64,000 nt of DNA from Octopus sinensis (GCF_006345805.1 NC_042998.1:64914001-64978000); one strand, 5' to 3'. Counted from the first letter of the stretch, positions 27,033 through 38,985 are shown. The notes: generated by a model from the letters alone, not told the origin. Translations and numbers: made by a program.

Positions 27033-27699
27033 CTGTGGAAACAAACATAATTAGCATACAATAATTGTAAAATACGTAAGGCAAAAAAAATGTGAATAGA
27101 GTTTTGATTAGAAATGTAACAATTAACAAACTCTACACAGGGGTATAATAACCACTGGAGTTCTTTTCAAAAACGAAATACAGTATTTATAAAAAGAAAA
27201 TATAACATCCATCTTCGATATATGAGCATACGGATGAAGAGTTCACGGGACTGATTAAAATATAGAGTGACGTTTATTTTCCACAAAGGCAGATATATTT
27301 ATAGCGTCAATGTTCATAACATTTTTCCACAAAGAGAAATATATGTTTGTGTGTACATACATATATATATAAACATAAATCTAGAACATCTCAATGCTAC
27401 ACATGTATATAGAGAGGAGCCACATTTTATAATAAAGAATTCAAATTCTCCTCGTTAACTTAAAACATTCAGTTTTGGGAAGAATCCCTTGATGAAGTAT
27501 ATGTGTGTGCTCATGTGTTCCTGTTTGTGTATGTGGGTGGGATATGCCCATGTTACTTCGATCACGCCTCTTTCAATTTCATGATTTTGCGTTAGAGAGC
27601 ATTGGTATAACACAAAACGTACTGTCTCTGCTTTCTTTCAAACATTCAATTTTGGAGAGAAGTTTTTGATGAAATGTAGTTCCATTGCTTTTCGGATCG

Positions 27700-28995
27700 T
27701 CACTTGCACATTTGTAAAAGGGACAAATTTGAATTTTCTGTCGCTGCATATTTCCAGGGTCTTACTTAATGGAATCTTGCGTAATTCTCCTTGCCGGATA
27801 CGTTGCATATGGATTCTTGTACGATGGAAGCGTTTCCACTTTTTAATGATACATTTCTTGAACTCCTGATCAAAAGTTTTATTGTTCTTCAGAAAGTATT
27901 TCTTCCAATATCCGATAATTAGGTTTGATTATGAGGGCGCAAACCACGTACCCTTAGCCGTGCCCTTTAAATGTCGATATGTTTTATTGTCGAATTTAAA
28001 GGTATTTTCCTCTAGTACTAGGAGTATTGTCTTGGTGATGAAGTCAGCCTTGAAGTATTCATTTATCCATTTTCTATGTTTATCTACCCAGTGTTTAATT
28101 GCTTCTAGGCCTAAAGTGTGAATTATATTAGTATAGAGATTAATGACATCAAACTTTTGAGTATAGTACCTTCTGAGACAGTGGGAAGGATGTGTTGGAT
28201 GAAATCTATGCCATCCCGTACGTAACTGGATATTAAGTGGTACAAAGGTTTTAGGAGTATATCTAAAAAATGACGTAGTTGTTGTGCTGGTGCTTGAGGA
28301 CCAGGAACTATTGGTCTTAGTTTGAAGTCAGCAGGCCTTAATATTTTTAAGTACTGGTTCTTCTGCTTATTTATGGCAGTTTGTATTTCGAAGCTTTTGT
28401 GGATTTTGGGTAATCCATACAAATTGCTCTCTTTGATTACAGAGTTACATATATAATTTTTCTCCTTGTCTGTGAATGAATCTTGGAATACATTGATTAG
28501 TCTTCTGATTTTATTCATTATTGTTTTTTCTGAGTGTCTTCGTTCTTCCTTGTAGTAGGTTTGTTTTGTTAACAATTTCAATATTTTATCTTTATAAAAG
28601 TCCTTGTCAGTGATTACTATCGCCCTCACTTATCGCATTCTTTTAGGACGATTGAGTTGTCATTCTTCAGTGTTTGTAAGGTTTCCATTTTTTCACGAAT
28701 GTTTTGCTTGCATCTGTTGGTTTTGGAGGGGGATTTTGAAATTGTGTTTATATACTCGTTTAAATATTCGTCCTTTCCCTTTTAGGGGGTGAAGTGGGAT
28801 TTATTTCTGCTCATTGATTCGTCATTAAATCTTTATTGCTGAAGAATTCTATAAGTCGGACGTAGCAGTTGAAGTGTCCAATATCAGATTTCCGTTCATT
28901 GAGATTAGGGGTGGGTGTCGGTGTAAATTTGAAACATTTTAATAGGAGGTTTATGTCATTGTTGTTGAGAGGTTCCTTTTTGACATTTGGGATGT
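27700..28995 (-). pseudogene. Penelope-like element reverse transcriptase, frameshifted
   Basis: FKFTPTP, NADK..AIVITDK, LYGLPKIHK, LRPIVPGP..FLDILLKP, then a frameshift to FDVINLYTNI and HLKGTAKGTWFAPS*SNL; these are PLE-type RT motifs. The region expected to carry YxDD appears deleted. Confidence 0.9.
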
Positions 28996-29004
28996 CCTAG
29001 CATT

Positions 29005-29036
<32 letters not shown>

Positions 29037-29084
29037 GACGGAACGCACGCATCCCTTTCTAAGTAAGATTGTTCTTGATATATA

Positions 29085-29125
<41 letters not shown>

Positions 29126-29129
29126 ATCG

Positions 29130-29300
29130 CTAGCCACTAAACGTTTTTCTATTTTCTCCCTGTTGATTTTTGTGTTCCTTTCTGTCGAAGAACGTAGGCT
29201 CGTACCGTAAAAGACTTTCTCACTTCCCGAGCGTTAAACTGATACACCTATTTGTTGTTTACACACCCATTTTAATCTTTTGTTTTTTTTTAATTCACTC
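29130..29300 (+). mobile_element. Family P1 repeat
   Basis: TTCCTTTCTGTCGAAGAACGTAGGCTCGTACCGTAAAAGACTTTC..TCCCGAGCGTTAAACTGATACACC. Confidence 0.7.
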
Positions 29301-29318
29301 TCTCTATACACACACGCG

Positions 29319-29368
<50 letters not shown>

Positions 29369-29389
29369 ATATATATACGAGCAAAACGG

Positions 29390-29700
29390 CCTCCCTGTCC
29401 AATGGACGGTACTGTGTTGTCAAACATTTAAACCAAATTTTCTCAAAGCAACATGTCTGACAGTCCCATAGGCCTAACCTTTGTGAAACACTCATTTAAC
29501 CTAAATTTGAGACACCAGCAAAAGAAGAATTACAGATGGACTTTTGTCTATTCCAAAGAAAAACGATTGTACTCACACAGATATGCAACCGAAGTGTTTA
29601 AATTACCAGTAATGATAAGGCTGTTGACTAGGAGAACACAACCATTGTTTAAACAGTAAGCTTGGCAGGAGAGAAACGTTTGAAACTTTTTTAGTCTCTT
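29390..29700 (+). pseudogene. Decayed Penelope GIY-YIG endonuclease relic
   Basis: CPMDG..IGLT..NYRWT..RLLTRRTQ loosely follows the PLE endonuclease pattern CP..G.CL/YIG/W.I/LNKRSE. Confidence 0.4.
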
Positions 29701-29749
29701 AAATATACTGCATTTTGTAGCATTATTTAAAGTCACCCGAATTTTTTTG

Positions 29750-30003
29750 CGCAAACTGCACGTGCAATATTCTCGCGTCCGCGTAGTATCGATCGCAAAA
29801 CCTGATGTACTTTCGCGTACAACTGCCTATTCCCACGGCTTTATCGATCGCATTCTAAGCTGGAATCGAGTTTTTGTAATTTGTTCAAGACTTATACACG
29901 CCCTGATACTGTCGGTATTTACATATCACATTTGAGAGCAATCGGATGGAAGATGTCTGAGATCCTAGAAGAGACACACACATAGACAAACAGAACGGAT
30001 TTG

Positions 30004-30010
<7 letters not shown>
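29750..30010 (-). mobile_element. Probable Helitron 5'-terminal relic
   Basis: CAATCGGATGGAAGATGTCTGAGATCCTAG..ACACACACATAGACAAACAGAACGGATTTGATATAATATAT has architecture like the 5' end of the 13018-13522 Helitron; no 3' hairpin or CTAG found. Confidence 0.35.
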
Positions 30011-30084
<74 letters not shown>

Positions 30085-30952
30085 GTGTGTGTGTGTGTGT
30101 ATGTATATATAGTTAATCCAAACGAGAAAGCACAAAAAAACACAACAACGCGGGGACGTGTAACAAATATAGTATTGTATATTCCGTAATGAGATAAAAA
30201 AAACGAGGCTGTTTAGATCTTACAACATTTATAAATAGAAAGTCTTACATATGTTTATAGGATATTTATTAGATCCCTTCATCTGATACATGTGAGAAGA
30301 TAGTTAAGCAATAGTTAATTTAGATAAGATACTACGTAGAAAGCGAGGTGGAGGAATGAAAATAGATGTGAGATATGAAGGGATATTGCATTTGTAGATC
30401 AATTATTTAGGCAAAATGGTATACATCTAAGATTCCAGTACCTTATGAATACAATCCAATGGTATTTAAAATGGATCATTCCAAGTATAGAGCCTATACA
30501 GTGTTATTTCATGAATATATTTATATTTTCATTTTATTTTATTTATTAATTAATTTTTCAAATTGTTTATTTGCAAATATGATAATGTTTTTAGATGCAG
30601 AACAATATTTCATCAAAAATTTCCCTCCAAGAATGAAGGTTTGGAACGGGTGAGTACTTTTTCTATTCTAAATATAACTCAAAGAGGAGAAAAAGAAAGA
30701 AAGTGGGAAAGAGAAGGAAAGATAGGAGAAAAGAGAAAGAATGCAAAATGAATTTCTGTGATGACCAAACTGCACCTGCTTTTTTTAAACCCATTCCAAT
30801 ACAATGGTAAATAACTAAATAAATAGCTAAATATATGGTGAATACAATGGTAAAGGACTAAATAAATAACTAAATAAATGGGGAATAGGAAGGGAGGCAC
30901 TCCTCTCTCTCATTATACTATCTGTCTCTCTGTCTTACTATCTATCTATCCG

Positions 30953-31026
<74 letters not shown>

Positions 31027-31377
31027 CATCTATCTCTTTATCAGCTTATCTACCTACCTATATTTCTATCTATACATCTCCATTGTCATGGAAGCTCACG
31101 CAAAAAAAAAAACAAACAAACATAAACAATATTCTCCTCTAAACAAAATAGCCCCAAACATTTGTTTTAAATAACTGAACAAGATGTTTGTACATTCACA
31201 AAATTGTATTTGACAAGTTCGAGAAAGGAACGAAATTGCTAATAGTAATGAAGAAATAAGAAGAATTTTTAAAAATATTCTGACGACTTCTTTCTCAAAA
31301 TTAAATTTCTGTACATCACACCTAGCAGTCTAAATACACACACACACACACAAATATATATATATAATATATATACA

Positions 31378-31800
31378 TTAAGGTATGTAGAAAAATACAG
31401 CATGGGCAAGAACGTATAACTCTTAGAAGACGATACAATAAACACGGACAGGACATTCGAAACCCTCAGTCTTCAGTCAAGAACCGGATCATCGTAGTAA
31501 TTTCGGCTGATTAATCTTGAGATTACTAGATCACGGCCAGCCCTCCAAGAAAAACTAAGCAACGAGCATTAGAAAAACTAAGCTGGGAGCGTAGATTTCC
31601 TGGAAGAAGGATCGAATGCATACGGACACCAGGACAGCAAAAGGGACGAATATAAAAAAACAAAAAAATAATGGAATACAGAAACATGAAATACAGAAGC
31701 ATTAACGGTGAAAACAACAACAAGTGTCTTACGACTGATAACAAGCAAACAAATCTTTTCTCTGGCGCAAGGAAAGGAGCCTTATCGGCGATGCCTATAG
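31378..31800 (-). mobile_element. Putative Penelope-derived terminal repeat, longer copy
   Basis: Abuts (TA)n; its first 222 bp are duplicated at 32251-32472; reverse complement contains a degenerate CTGAAGA..TTTCGAATGTC. Confidence 0.55.
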
Positions 31801-32250
31801 CGGCGGACGAAAAACAACGATGTTAACACGACGCTGGTCAGAAGCTGAAAGGCAGATTTCGGCCAGCAGTCACGTGACAGAGAAGAGAGAAAAGAAAAGA
31901 AAGAGAAGCAACGGAAGAGAGAGAGAGGAGAGAGAGAGAGGAGAGAGAGAGAGGAGGTACAAACGCGACAAAGAGCGAGAAGAGAGAGAAAGAAGGAATC
32001 AGAGAGGAGAAGGGATGGGTGTCGAAGAGCGACCTGTGAGTGCAGAGCGAGACAAAGAAATAGGAGAGTAGTGGAAGATTAGACCAAAGAATCAGAGGAA
32101 AGAGAAGAGAAAAAGAGGATGAGTAGAGAGAGAAGGGGACAGATCAAGTAAAAGTGAGAGAGAGAGAGAGACAAACAAAGAGTCGTACCAGTTATTAAGA
32201 ATATGTGCTCACATTAATGTTAAGAGGGTACGTGGCGCCTGGAATATATG

Positions 32251-32472
32251 TTAAGGTATGTAGAAAAATACAACATGGACAAGAACGTATAACTCTTAGA
32301 AGACGATACAATAACACGGACAGGACATTCGAAACCCTCAGTCTTCAGTCAAGAACCGGATCATCGTAGTAATTTCGGCTGATTAATCTTGAGATTACTA
32401 GATCACGGCCAGCCCTCCAAGAAAAACTAAGCAACGAGCATTAGAAAAACTAAGCTGGGAGCGTAGATTTCC
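32251..32472 (-). repeat. 222-bp near-identical direct repeat of 31378-31600
   Basis: Only 2 substitutions seen (CAGCATGGGC vs CAACATGGAC). Confidence 0.95.
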
Positions 32473-32543
32473 ATACATATACACACACACATATATATAC
32501 ATATATGTGTGTGCTTAGACTGCTTGGTGTGATGTACAGATAT

Positions 32544-32593
<50 letters not shown>

Positions 32594-32627
32594 TACATAC
32601 ACATAATACATATACACCTATTTGCAT

Positions 32628-32660
<33 letters not shown>

Positions 32661-32727
32661 CATACAAACATATATATATATGTTTGTGTGTGTGCGTGTG
32701 CGTGTGTATGTGTGTGAGTGTGTGGAG

Positions 32728-32881
32728 CAAATCATTTTGATTCAAATTCGTTAGTACTATTGAGCTTAAATGTTGAGCTTAAATGTCGTCAGCCATTTTG
32801 GACTTGAACTTCAAAATGGCTGACGACTGACATTACGCTTACAGCACAAGTATAACGACGAATTTGAATCAAATTACTTTG
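32728..32881. mobile_element. Palindromic MITE-like element (~155 bp)
   Basis: Outer inverted repeat CAAATCATTTTGATTCAAATTCG / CGAATTTGAATCAAATTACTTTG; perfect 15-bp inner inverted repeat TCGTCAGCCATTTTG (32786-32800) / CAAAATGGCTGACGA (32812-32826). A right-half copy lies at 49705-49775. Confidence 0.7.
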
Positions 32882-32976
32882 ATCCATACATGTAACTCGC
32901 AATAAATTGATTGAGTACTTTTCATTCATTTGTCCACTGACTTGTAATATCATGCAGTTGGCTAATAGACAAAGAC

Positions 32977-33030
<54 letters not shown>

Positions 33031-33033
<3 letters not shown>

Positions 33034-33442
33034 AGTGGCTGTGTGGTAAGTAGCTTGTTTACCAACCACATAAATCCGGGTTCAGTCCCACTGCGTGGCA
33101 CCTTGGGCAAGTGCCTTCTACTAAAGCCTCGGGCCGACCAAAACTTTGTGAGTGGATTTGGTTGACGGAAACTGAAAGAAGCCCGTCGTATATATGTATA
33201 TATGTATATATATATAGGTGTGCCTGTATGTTTGTGTGTCTGTGTTTGTCCTCCAAGCATTGCTTGACAACCGATGCTGGTGTGCTTATGTCCCCGTCAA
33301 TTAGCGGTTCGGCAAGAGAGACCGATAGAATAAGTACTGGGCTTACAAAGAATAAGTCCCGGGGTCGAGTTGCTCGATTAAAGGCAGTGCTCCAGCATGG
33401 CCACAGTCAAATGACTGAAACAAGTAAGAGAGTAAAAGAGTG
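33031..33442 (+). mobile_element. SINE family B, young near-full-length copy
   Basis: GAGTGGCTGTGTGGTAAG (A-box), CCGGGTTCAGTCCC (B-box), GGCACCTTGGGCAAGTG, internal AT/GT tract, tail CAGCATGGCCACAGTCAAATGACTGAAACAAG. Confidence 0.95.
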
Positions 33443-34845
33443 CGTTTGTGTGTGTGTGTAAATACATGTAGAAACTATGAAAGTTGCAAAAATTTATTCT
33501 TCTCATCAGTGACACCACAATATTTTTTACAGTTGCTCCATCATGAGTGCTTACGTAAAAATATACCTTTCTTCCCTTCTTTTGGTTGCGTTAAAATTAA
33601 TTTGATTTTGAAAACCTATGAAACATGCTTCTCTCTGGATTTAAGTCAGTTTGCTTTCTTATAAGTAGCACGAATATTTCTTCGTTTATACTATTGTGAA
33701 TCAGTAAGTTATATTCTAATTACATTTTTTGGTTATTATATATTACCATTCTAGCAATCAATTCATCAATTATTTTGATATCATCATATCCTCATAATTT
33801 TGTAATCATCTCAAGAGATTTTAAGTTGTCTGTATTACATAGAATAAACTAGGCGTGTTACATATCTCCAGTTATTTGCAATATCTGCTATACTTTTCTG
33901 TATTACCTTCTTACTTCTTATATTACCTGCTTCATTCTTATATTTTTGGTTGGATACTATTAATTAACATTAATGTTGCTTTATTCTTAATAGTGTTTCT
34001 TACATAATCTTAGGAAATATTTTAATATTACCTATTATTTTCATCCGCAACTTTAAAGCACACTTCGGCTATATATCGTATAAGATAGATTAGGAAATTT
34101 ACTTTGGCTTCAATAATCCAGTCTGTTTTTATATTTTTCGTATCGAAATTCCTAGCATGTTTTATCGGAAAATCTTTATGTCGTAGCGACAAAAACGAAG
34201 ACACAAAAAATTATTTTATATGTTAAATATTGATGACTGGTAATTCAAACCGAATCGCATAATACCTTTCAATTTGTACCGTGTTCCCTGAAGACCGGTT
34301 TATAATTCATATTTTCTGACAGGTGATATACTTTTAGATAAACAATGTGTGTACAAGTATCCAACATAGACGAACATAGTGTAAAATTTAATTAAACGCA
34401 CTGATAACCGTATTTGAGTACTGAATCGCATACTGGAGTCACGAAACATTATTTTTTTAACATGAATTGAAGTGAGAAATGGAATTTTTCAAATAATTTA
34501 TGGATAACATCAGAGAAAAATATTTTAATCCATGTTTTTGATTTCCATTAATGAAAACGATAAACGTAAACCGATACATTAAACACGACTTTAGGAATTT
34601 AATATTTAACCAATGCAATAATAAAGAAGCGATGCTTATTCTGCAATGAAGCATACGGCATTATTAACTTCAAAGAATGTGTCAGCCACAAACACAAACC
34701 TATTGGTGAAACATGTTGAAGTGACTAAAAAAATGTAATAACAAATAGTCAAATATGTATTTTGTTCTCTGTTACTCTGACTTTCTATAAGCAACGCACA
34801 CACACATCATGTATGTGTGTGTGTATATCTCTGCGTGTGGTGTGG

Positions 34846-35001
<156 letters not shown>

Positions 35002-35084
35002 GATATAAATGTATATATATACATGTATATATATATGTATATATGTATGTATATATGTATATATATGCACGCATTTTTTTTCTC

Positions 35085-35247
35085 TCCTTGTTTCTTTCCG
35101 TGTTTCTTTTCTGTGTATCTTTCTGTTGAAGAGCGTAGGCTCGAAACGTTAAAGACTTGTTTTATTTATATTTCCTGAGCGCCATACTAATACAATTGTT
35201 TGTTTGTTTCCCACCTGCCTTCGTCTTTTGTCTATTTTCATAAAGCT
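35085..35247 (+). mobile_element. Family P1 repeat (best copy) ending at (TA)n
   Basis: Contains a hammerhead-like fold at 35118-35155; 3' part TTCCCACCTGCCTTCGTCTTTTG..TTCCCGTTATATA. Confidence 0.75.
35118..35155 (+). ncRNA. Minimal type I hammerhead-like motif with A6U core
   Basis: UCUUU-CUGUUGA-A-GAGC-GUAG-GCUC-GAAA-CGUU-AAAGA: stem I 5 bp, stem II 4 bp, palindromic stem III (AACGUU). Confidence 0.55.
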
Positions 35248-35252
35248 TCCCG

Positions 35253-35286
<34 letters not shown>

Positions 35287-35293
<7 letters not shown>

Positions 35294-35763
35294 TCGCCAT
35301 ACTAATATGGCATTCTTATAAAAATAAGAATAAAGCTGTCCGCTTATTAGCTCCATGAGGCCATCGCCTTAAGTTAGCTATTTGATACACAAACTGTATC
35401 CATATAACCTTCGAACAAGGGAGGTCAGTCGCTCCACACTACTTGACCGGCAGCTACAGACGCGTTTCGGGGTATTGCCCCTTTTCAATGTAGCGTAGCC
35501 AGACCAGTATGGTGTCGCTTCTGACAATCTCTGTTCGAAGGTTTTATTTACCTAGCTTCGGTGGAATACATCCACTTGTTTTCAATAATAGATATTAAAA
35601 TTACTAAGTCTCTCTAAAGAGAACAACACGGCAGCGTTCCCGGAAAATAATAGTTATCGCCATAACTAATATGGCATTCTTATAAAAATAAGAATAAAGC
35701 TGTCCGCTTATTAGCTCCATGAGGCCATCGCCTTAAGTTAGCTATTTGATACACAAACTGTAT
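35287..35763 (-). mobile_element. Retrozyme/Penelope pLTR-like partial tandem: 363-bp unit with ~110-bp direct repeats
   Basis: 35290-35399 and 35653-35763 are identical except for one indel; a hammerhead lies in the intervening segment; left end abuts (TA)n. Confidence 0.8.
35453..35494 (-). ncRNA. Minimal type I hammerhead ribozyme with U3-A8 compensated core, GUC cleavage site
   Basis: GCUACA-UUGAAAA-GGGG-CAAUA-CCCC-GAAA-CGCG-UC^-UGUAGC: 6-bp stem I, 4-bp stem II, palindromic ACGCGU stem III. Confidence 0.85.
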
Positions 35764-35891
35764 ATCTAAATATACAGAGATTATCTCCTTGCTGCTATTG
35801 TGTTCGGTTTTTCTTTTTCCAAACACATGATTAGGTTATCCTTCATATTTTTCCCAAAGACTTAGCAACATTTTTATTATTTTTTATTTTA

Positions 35892-36254
35892 TCTAGTTTC
35901 AGCTCAGGAGTTGTGGCCATGCTGTGGCACAGCCATTTGGTGTTGCAGCATAATTTTACTTCACGAATGATTTTTAGGAATTGACATGATTTTTAGGAAT
36001 TGACATGGGACATGAGAGAGTTTGATGCAGATGCCCTCATCTGCACCTCCTCTCACGAAGTTGGTTCATCTGGGACACCTGACAGGAAGAGGTCCAGCTT
36101 TATCTTGAAGAAACCTACACCCACCCCATGCACTTCTCTCAGGTCCTTCGGGAGAATACGGAAGAGGTATGGACCTCTGAAGACCAGGCTATTGCTGTAC
36201 CTTGTCCTACATCTTGATGGCAAATTCGGAGTCCATGGCATTATGCAGTGGCGC
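35892..36254 (-). mobile_element. CR1-like LINE 3' end (family L-a)
   Basis: RHCIMPWTPNLPSRCRTRYSNSLVFRGPYLFRILPKDLREVHGVGVGFFKIKLDLFLSGVPDEPTS; same 3' UTR as 22968-23310; small internal tandem duplication CATGTCAATTCCTAAAAAT. Confidence 0.88.
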
Positions 36255-36318
36255 AGAAAAGACAGACGAAATACCTCTAAGCATTTCACCCGGCGCGATA
36301 ACATTTCTGCCCACGAAA
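36255..36318 (-). mobile_element. SINE family A 5' head fused to the CR1 fragment
   Basis: GGGCAGAAATGTTATCGCGCCGGGTGAAATGCTTAGAGGTATTTCGTCTGTCTTT then directly LINE sequence. Confidence 0.75.
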
Positions 36319-36913
36319 CCTAGATTATGTGTCCAATTAATGAATGTATTCTATTAAGCTATTCTCTGACATTCACTATTTTACTCATTTCTTTGTAACA
36401 AATACTAATGGCGATTTTCTTTGTATAGAGAGTATTTAGTCGTTTCAAATTACCTTTTAACAAATGATTTTTCTTCAACAATACGTTACCTGTAGTGAAA
36501 TGTGACAATGAAAACAAAATCATTATATTGTTTATTATATATTATGTATAATAATATAACATTATATATGCACGTATATGTAAATCAATGGAAGTGTTCC
36601 AACAAATAATATAATGCTATATAATTGAAATTCATTTCATGTGAGAATGTGTTCATAATTCTTTTGGTGAATATACAAATCTACTCAAAATTTGTTGAAA
36701 TACATTGAAATTATTCATCTCTTCACATGTTTAATTTGGTTTCATTAAAATTTATTCAATTTATATTATACGATAGACGTTATATAAATTTCATTACGAA
36801 TTTAAATTCCGAACAGATAATGATATTACCTGATATACGAATATATTGCAAGTTTAAATTTTACATCAATGCAAAATAACATAAAAATCTGATAAAGTTA
36901 CAACTCAACTTTG

Positions 36914-36990
<77 letters not shown>

Positions 36991-37824
36991 TCTATGATAT
37001 GATTATTCCATAGCACTTGGTATTTTGGAGTAGAGATATTGTCTGCATTACAAGAAATTAAAATTAGATCACTATAAGTAATAGTCTCACATATTCTGGG
37101 TACATCTCTTTCCTATCTATGTCAAATCTAGAATATAGTTTTAGAAAAAAAAAAAGCTATTAATATGATAGTACAGTTTTAATTTTCGCTTGTGAATGGC
37201 CATAGTAGCTCTAGAGCTGTGGCAAAAATAATATTTGTTAATGAATGAATCTACTTCAATTCTTTTGATTGCAGCTGTGTGTTTGCATGGAATGCAATTC
37301 TATTTCTAACGTATATTGTGGAATCATGAGCAATTTCTAAGACGAAATTAAATTTTACCAGTCCGACATAATTTGGGAATGACGTTTACTATGTGCTTAG
37401 AAGTTGGCAGCTAAATGTATTCATAAGTGGCCGAAATGTAAAAGCACCAAACTTGGCAAAGACATTTATATAATGCAGACTAAACTTTATAGATTATCCG
37501 ACACATATGAATGTGTCTGTGTACATTTGGATGTCAATGTGTATATATATGTGAGGAATCTCTAGGGAAGTAGCGTTCAATATTTCTTCGATTAATTTTA
37601 GGATAATTTCAAATTTTAACGATTTGACATATTTAAATGATAATTTCTTTCGAATATAAGGAATACATGTAAACGAATATGTATAACATCCTTTTTGTAT
37701 TCCATCCCATTCTTCTTTTTATTTTCGTCTATACACATATCATTCCAGGTACATACATACAAATGCTTGCAAGCGTGCGTACACATCTCTCACTCTTTCA
37801 ATATATTCTTTTATTCTGATATTT

Positions 37825-37990
37825 GTTTAGGTCATTTAATTGCGGCCGCGCTGGAGCACCGCCTTTATTCGAGCGAATGAACCCCAGAACATATTATTTG
37901 CAAGCACAATACTTATCCTATCGGTGTTTTTGCCGAAAAGGTTGTCAGGCGATGTTGGGGGAGGGAGACACAGACACACAAACATGCACT
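37825..37990 (-). mobile_element. SINE family B, 3' part
   Basis: GTCATTTAATTGCGGCCGCGCTGGAGCACCGCCTT..GACACAGACACACAAAC. Confidence 0.8.
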
Positions 37991-38077
37991 CATACACACA
38001 CACATATATACATATGAGAATTTTGTATATATATATATATTATATATATATATATATGTATGTATGTATATATATAT

Positions 38078-38144
<67 letters not shown>

Positions 38145-38169
38145 TATATACATATATATATATGTATAT

Positions 38170-38560
38170 ATAGATAGACTTTACTTGGAAAACATGCGTT
38201 GCGTTCGATTATTTAATAATATAAATAATACATAAATATATGCACTTATTCATACATATACGTACATACCAACATATATATGTATATATATACATGCATA
38301 TATGGGTACAGACCATAAAAATACGTTGAACACACTGAGGAACGGAAACGAGGCATGCAACATAAAGAATATTCCCCTTCCTCAGTTGTCCCTGTTTTAT
38401 CTACTCCACGTTTCGAAGGTAAGGTCAATACGTTGAAACAATCCTTCCCGTAAAGCAAATTAAATAGAATTTGGGAACATTTGCGGAGGGTGAAAGTGGT
38501 AACAGGAAAAGGACACTGAGAGCAAGACAGTAAAAACAAATGATGGGGGCTGTTATGGCA
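38170..38560. mobile_element. Dispersed repeat family E (putative Penelope-derived), copy 1
   Basis: CTTACTTGGAAAA..GCGTTCGAT..GGGTAC..TTGAACACA..CATGCAACATA is shared with 38855-39120, with a weaker relative at 7500-7680. Confidence 0.65.
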
Positions 38561-38854
38561 AGATGATAGAAAAAGTATTATGAACGCTAGGAGGACGGAC
38601 TACGAAAGGAGACGGGTATAAGCATGTCTTGTTTTTAGGAGGGAAATGGACAGAAAGATTGATTCCCTCTCGTGTCAGCGACGACAGAGTCAAGGAGGGA
38701 GAGTGAGAGAGAGGGAACGATGCAGAGGAGAGGAGAAGAATATGGAAGGGTAGGAGAGAAAACTGGAAAGGATGATGAACAAGAGAGGTAGATAGATAGA
38801 TAGACAGAGAACAAATAGTAGATATATAAGAGTACGCATCATAATTATTAACAT

Positions 38855-38950
38855 AAAACTTACTTGGAAAAAGATGCTTGGCGTTCGATCATATAATATT
38901 ATAAATAATATATAAATATATGCATATATACATAAATATACGTTCATACC

Positions 38951-38985
<35 letters not shown>

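Noticed and set aside
38370-38420. Permuted (type II) hammerhead GAAACG...CUGAGGA in family E
   Set aside because: The 25 nt between GAAA and the core give no stem I hairpin and the triplet is GUG.
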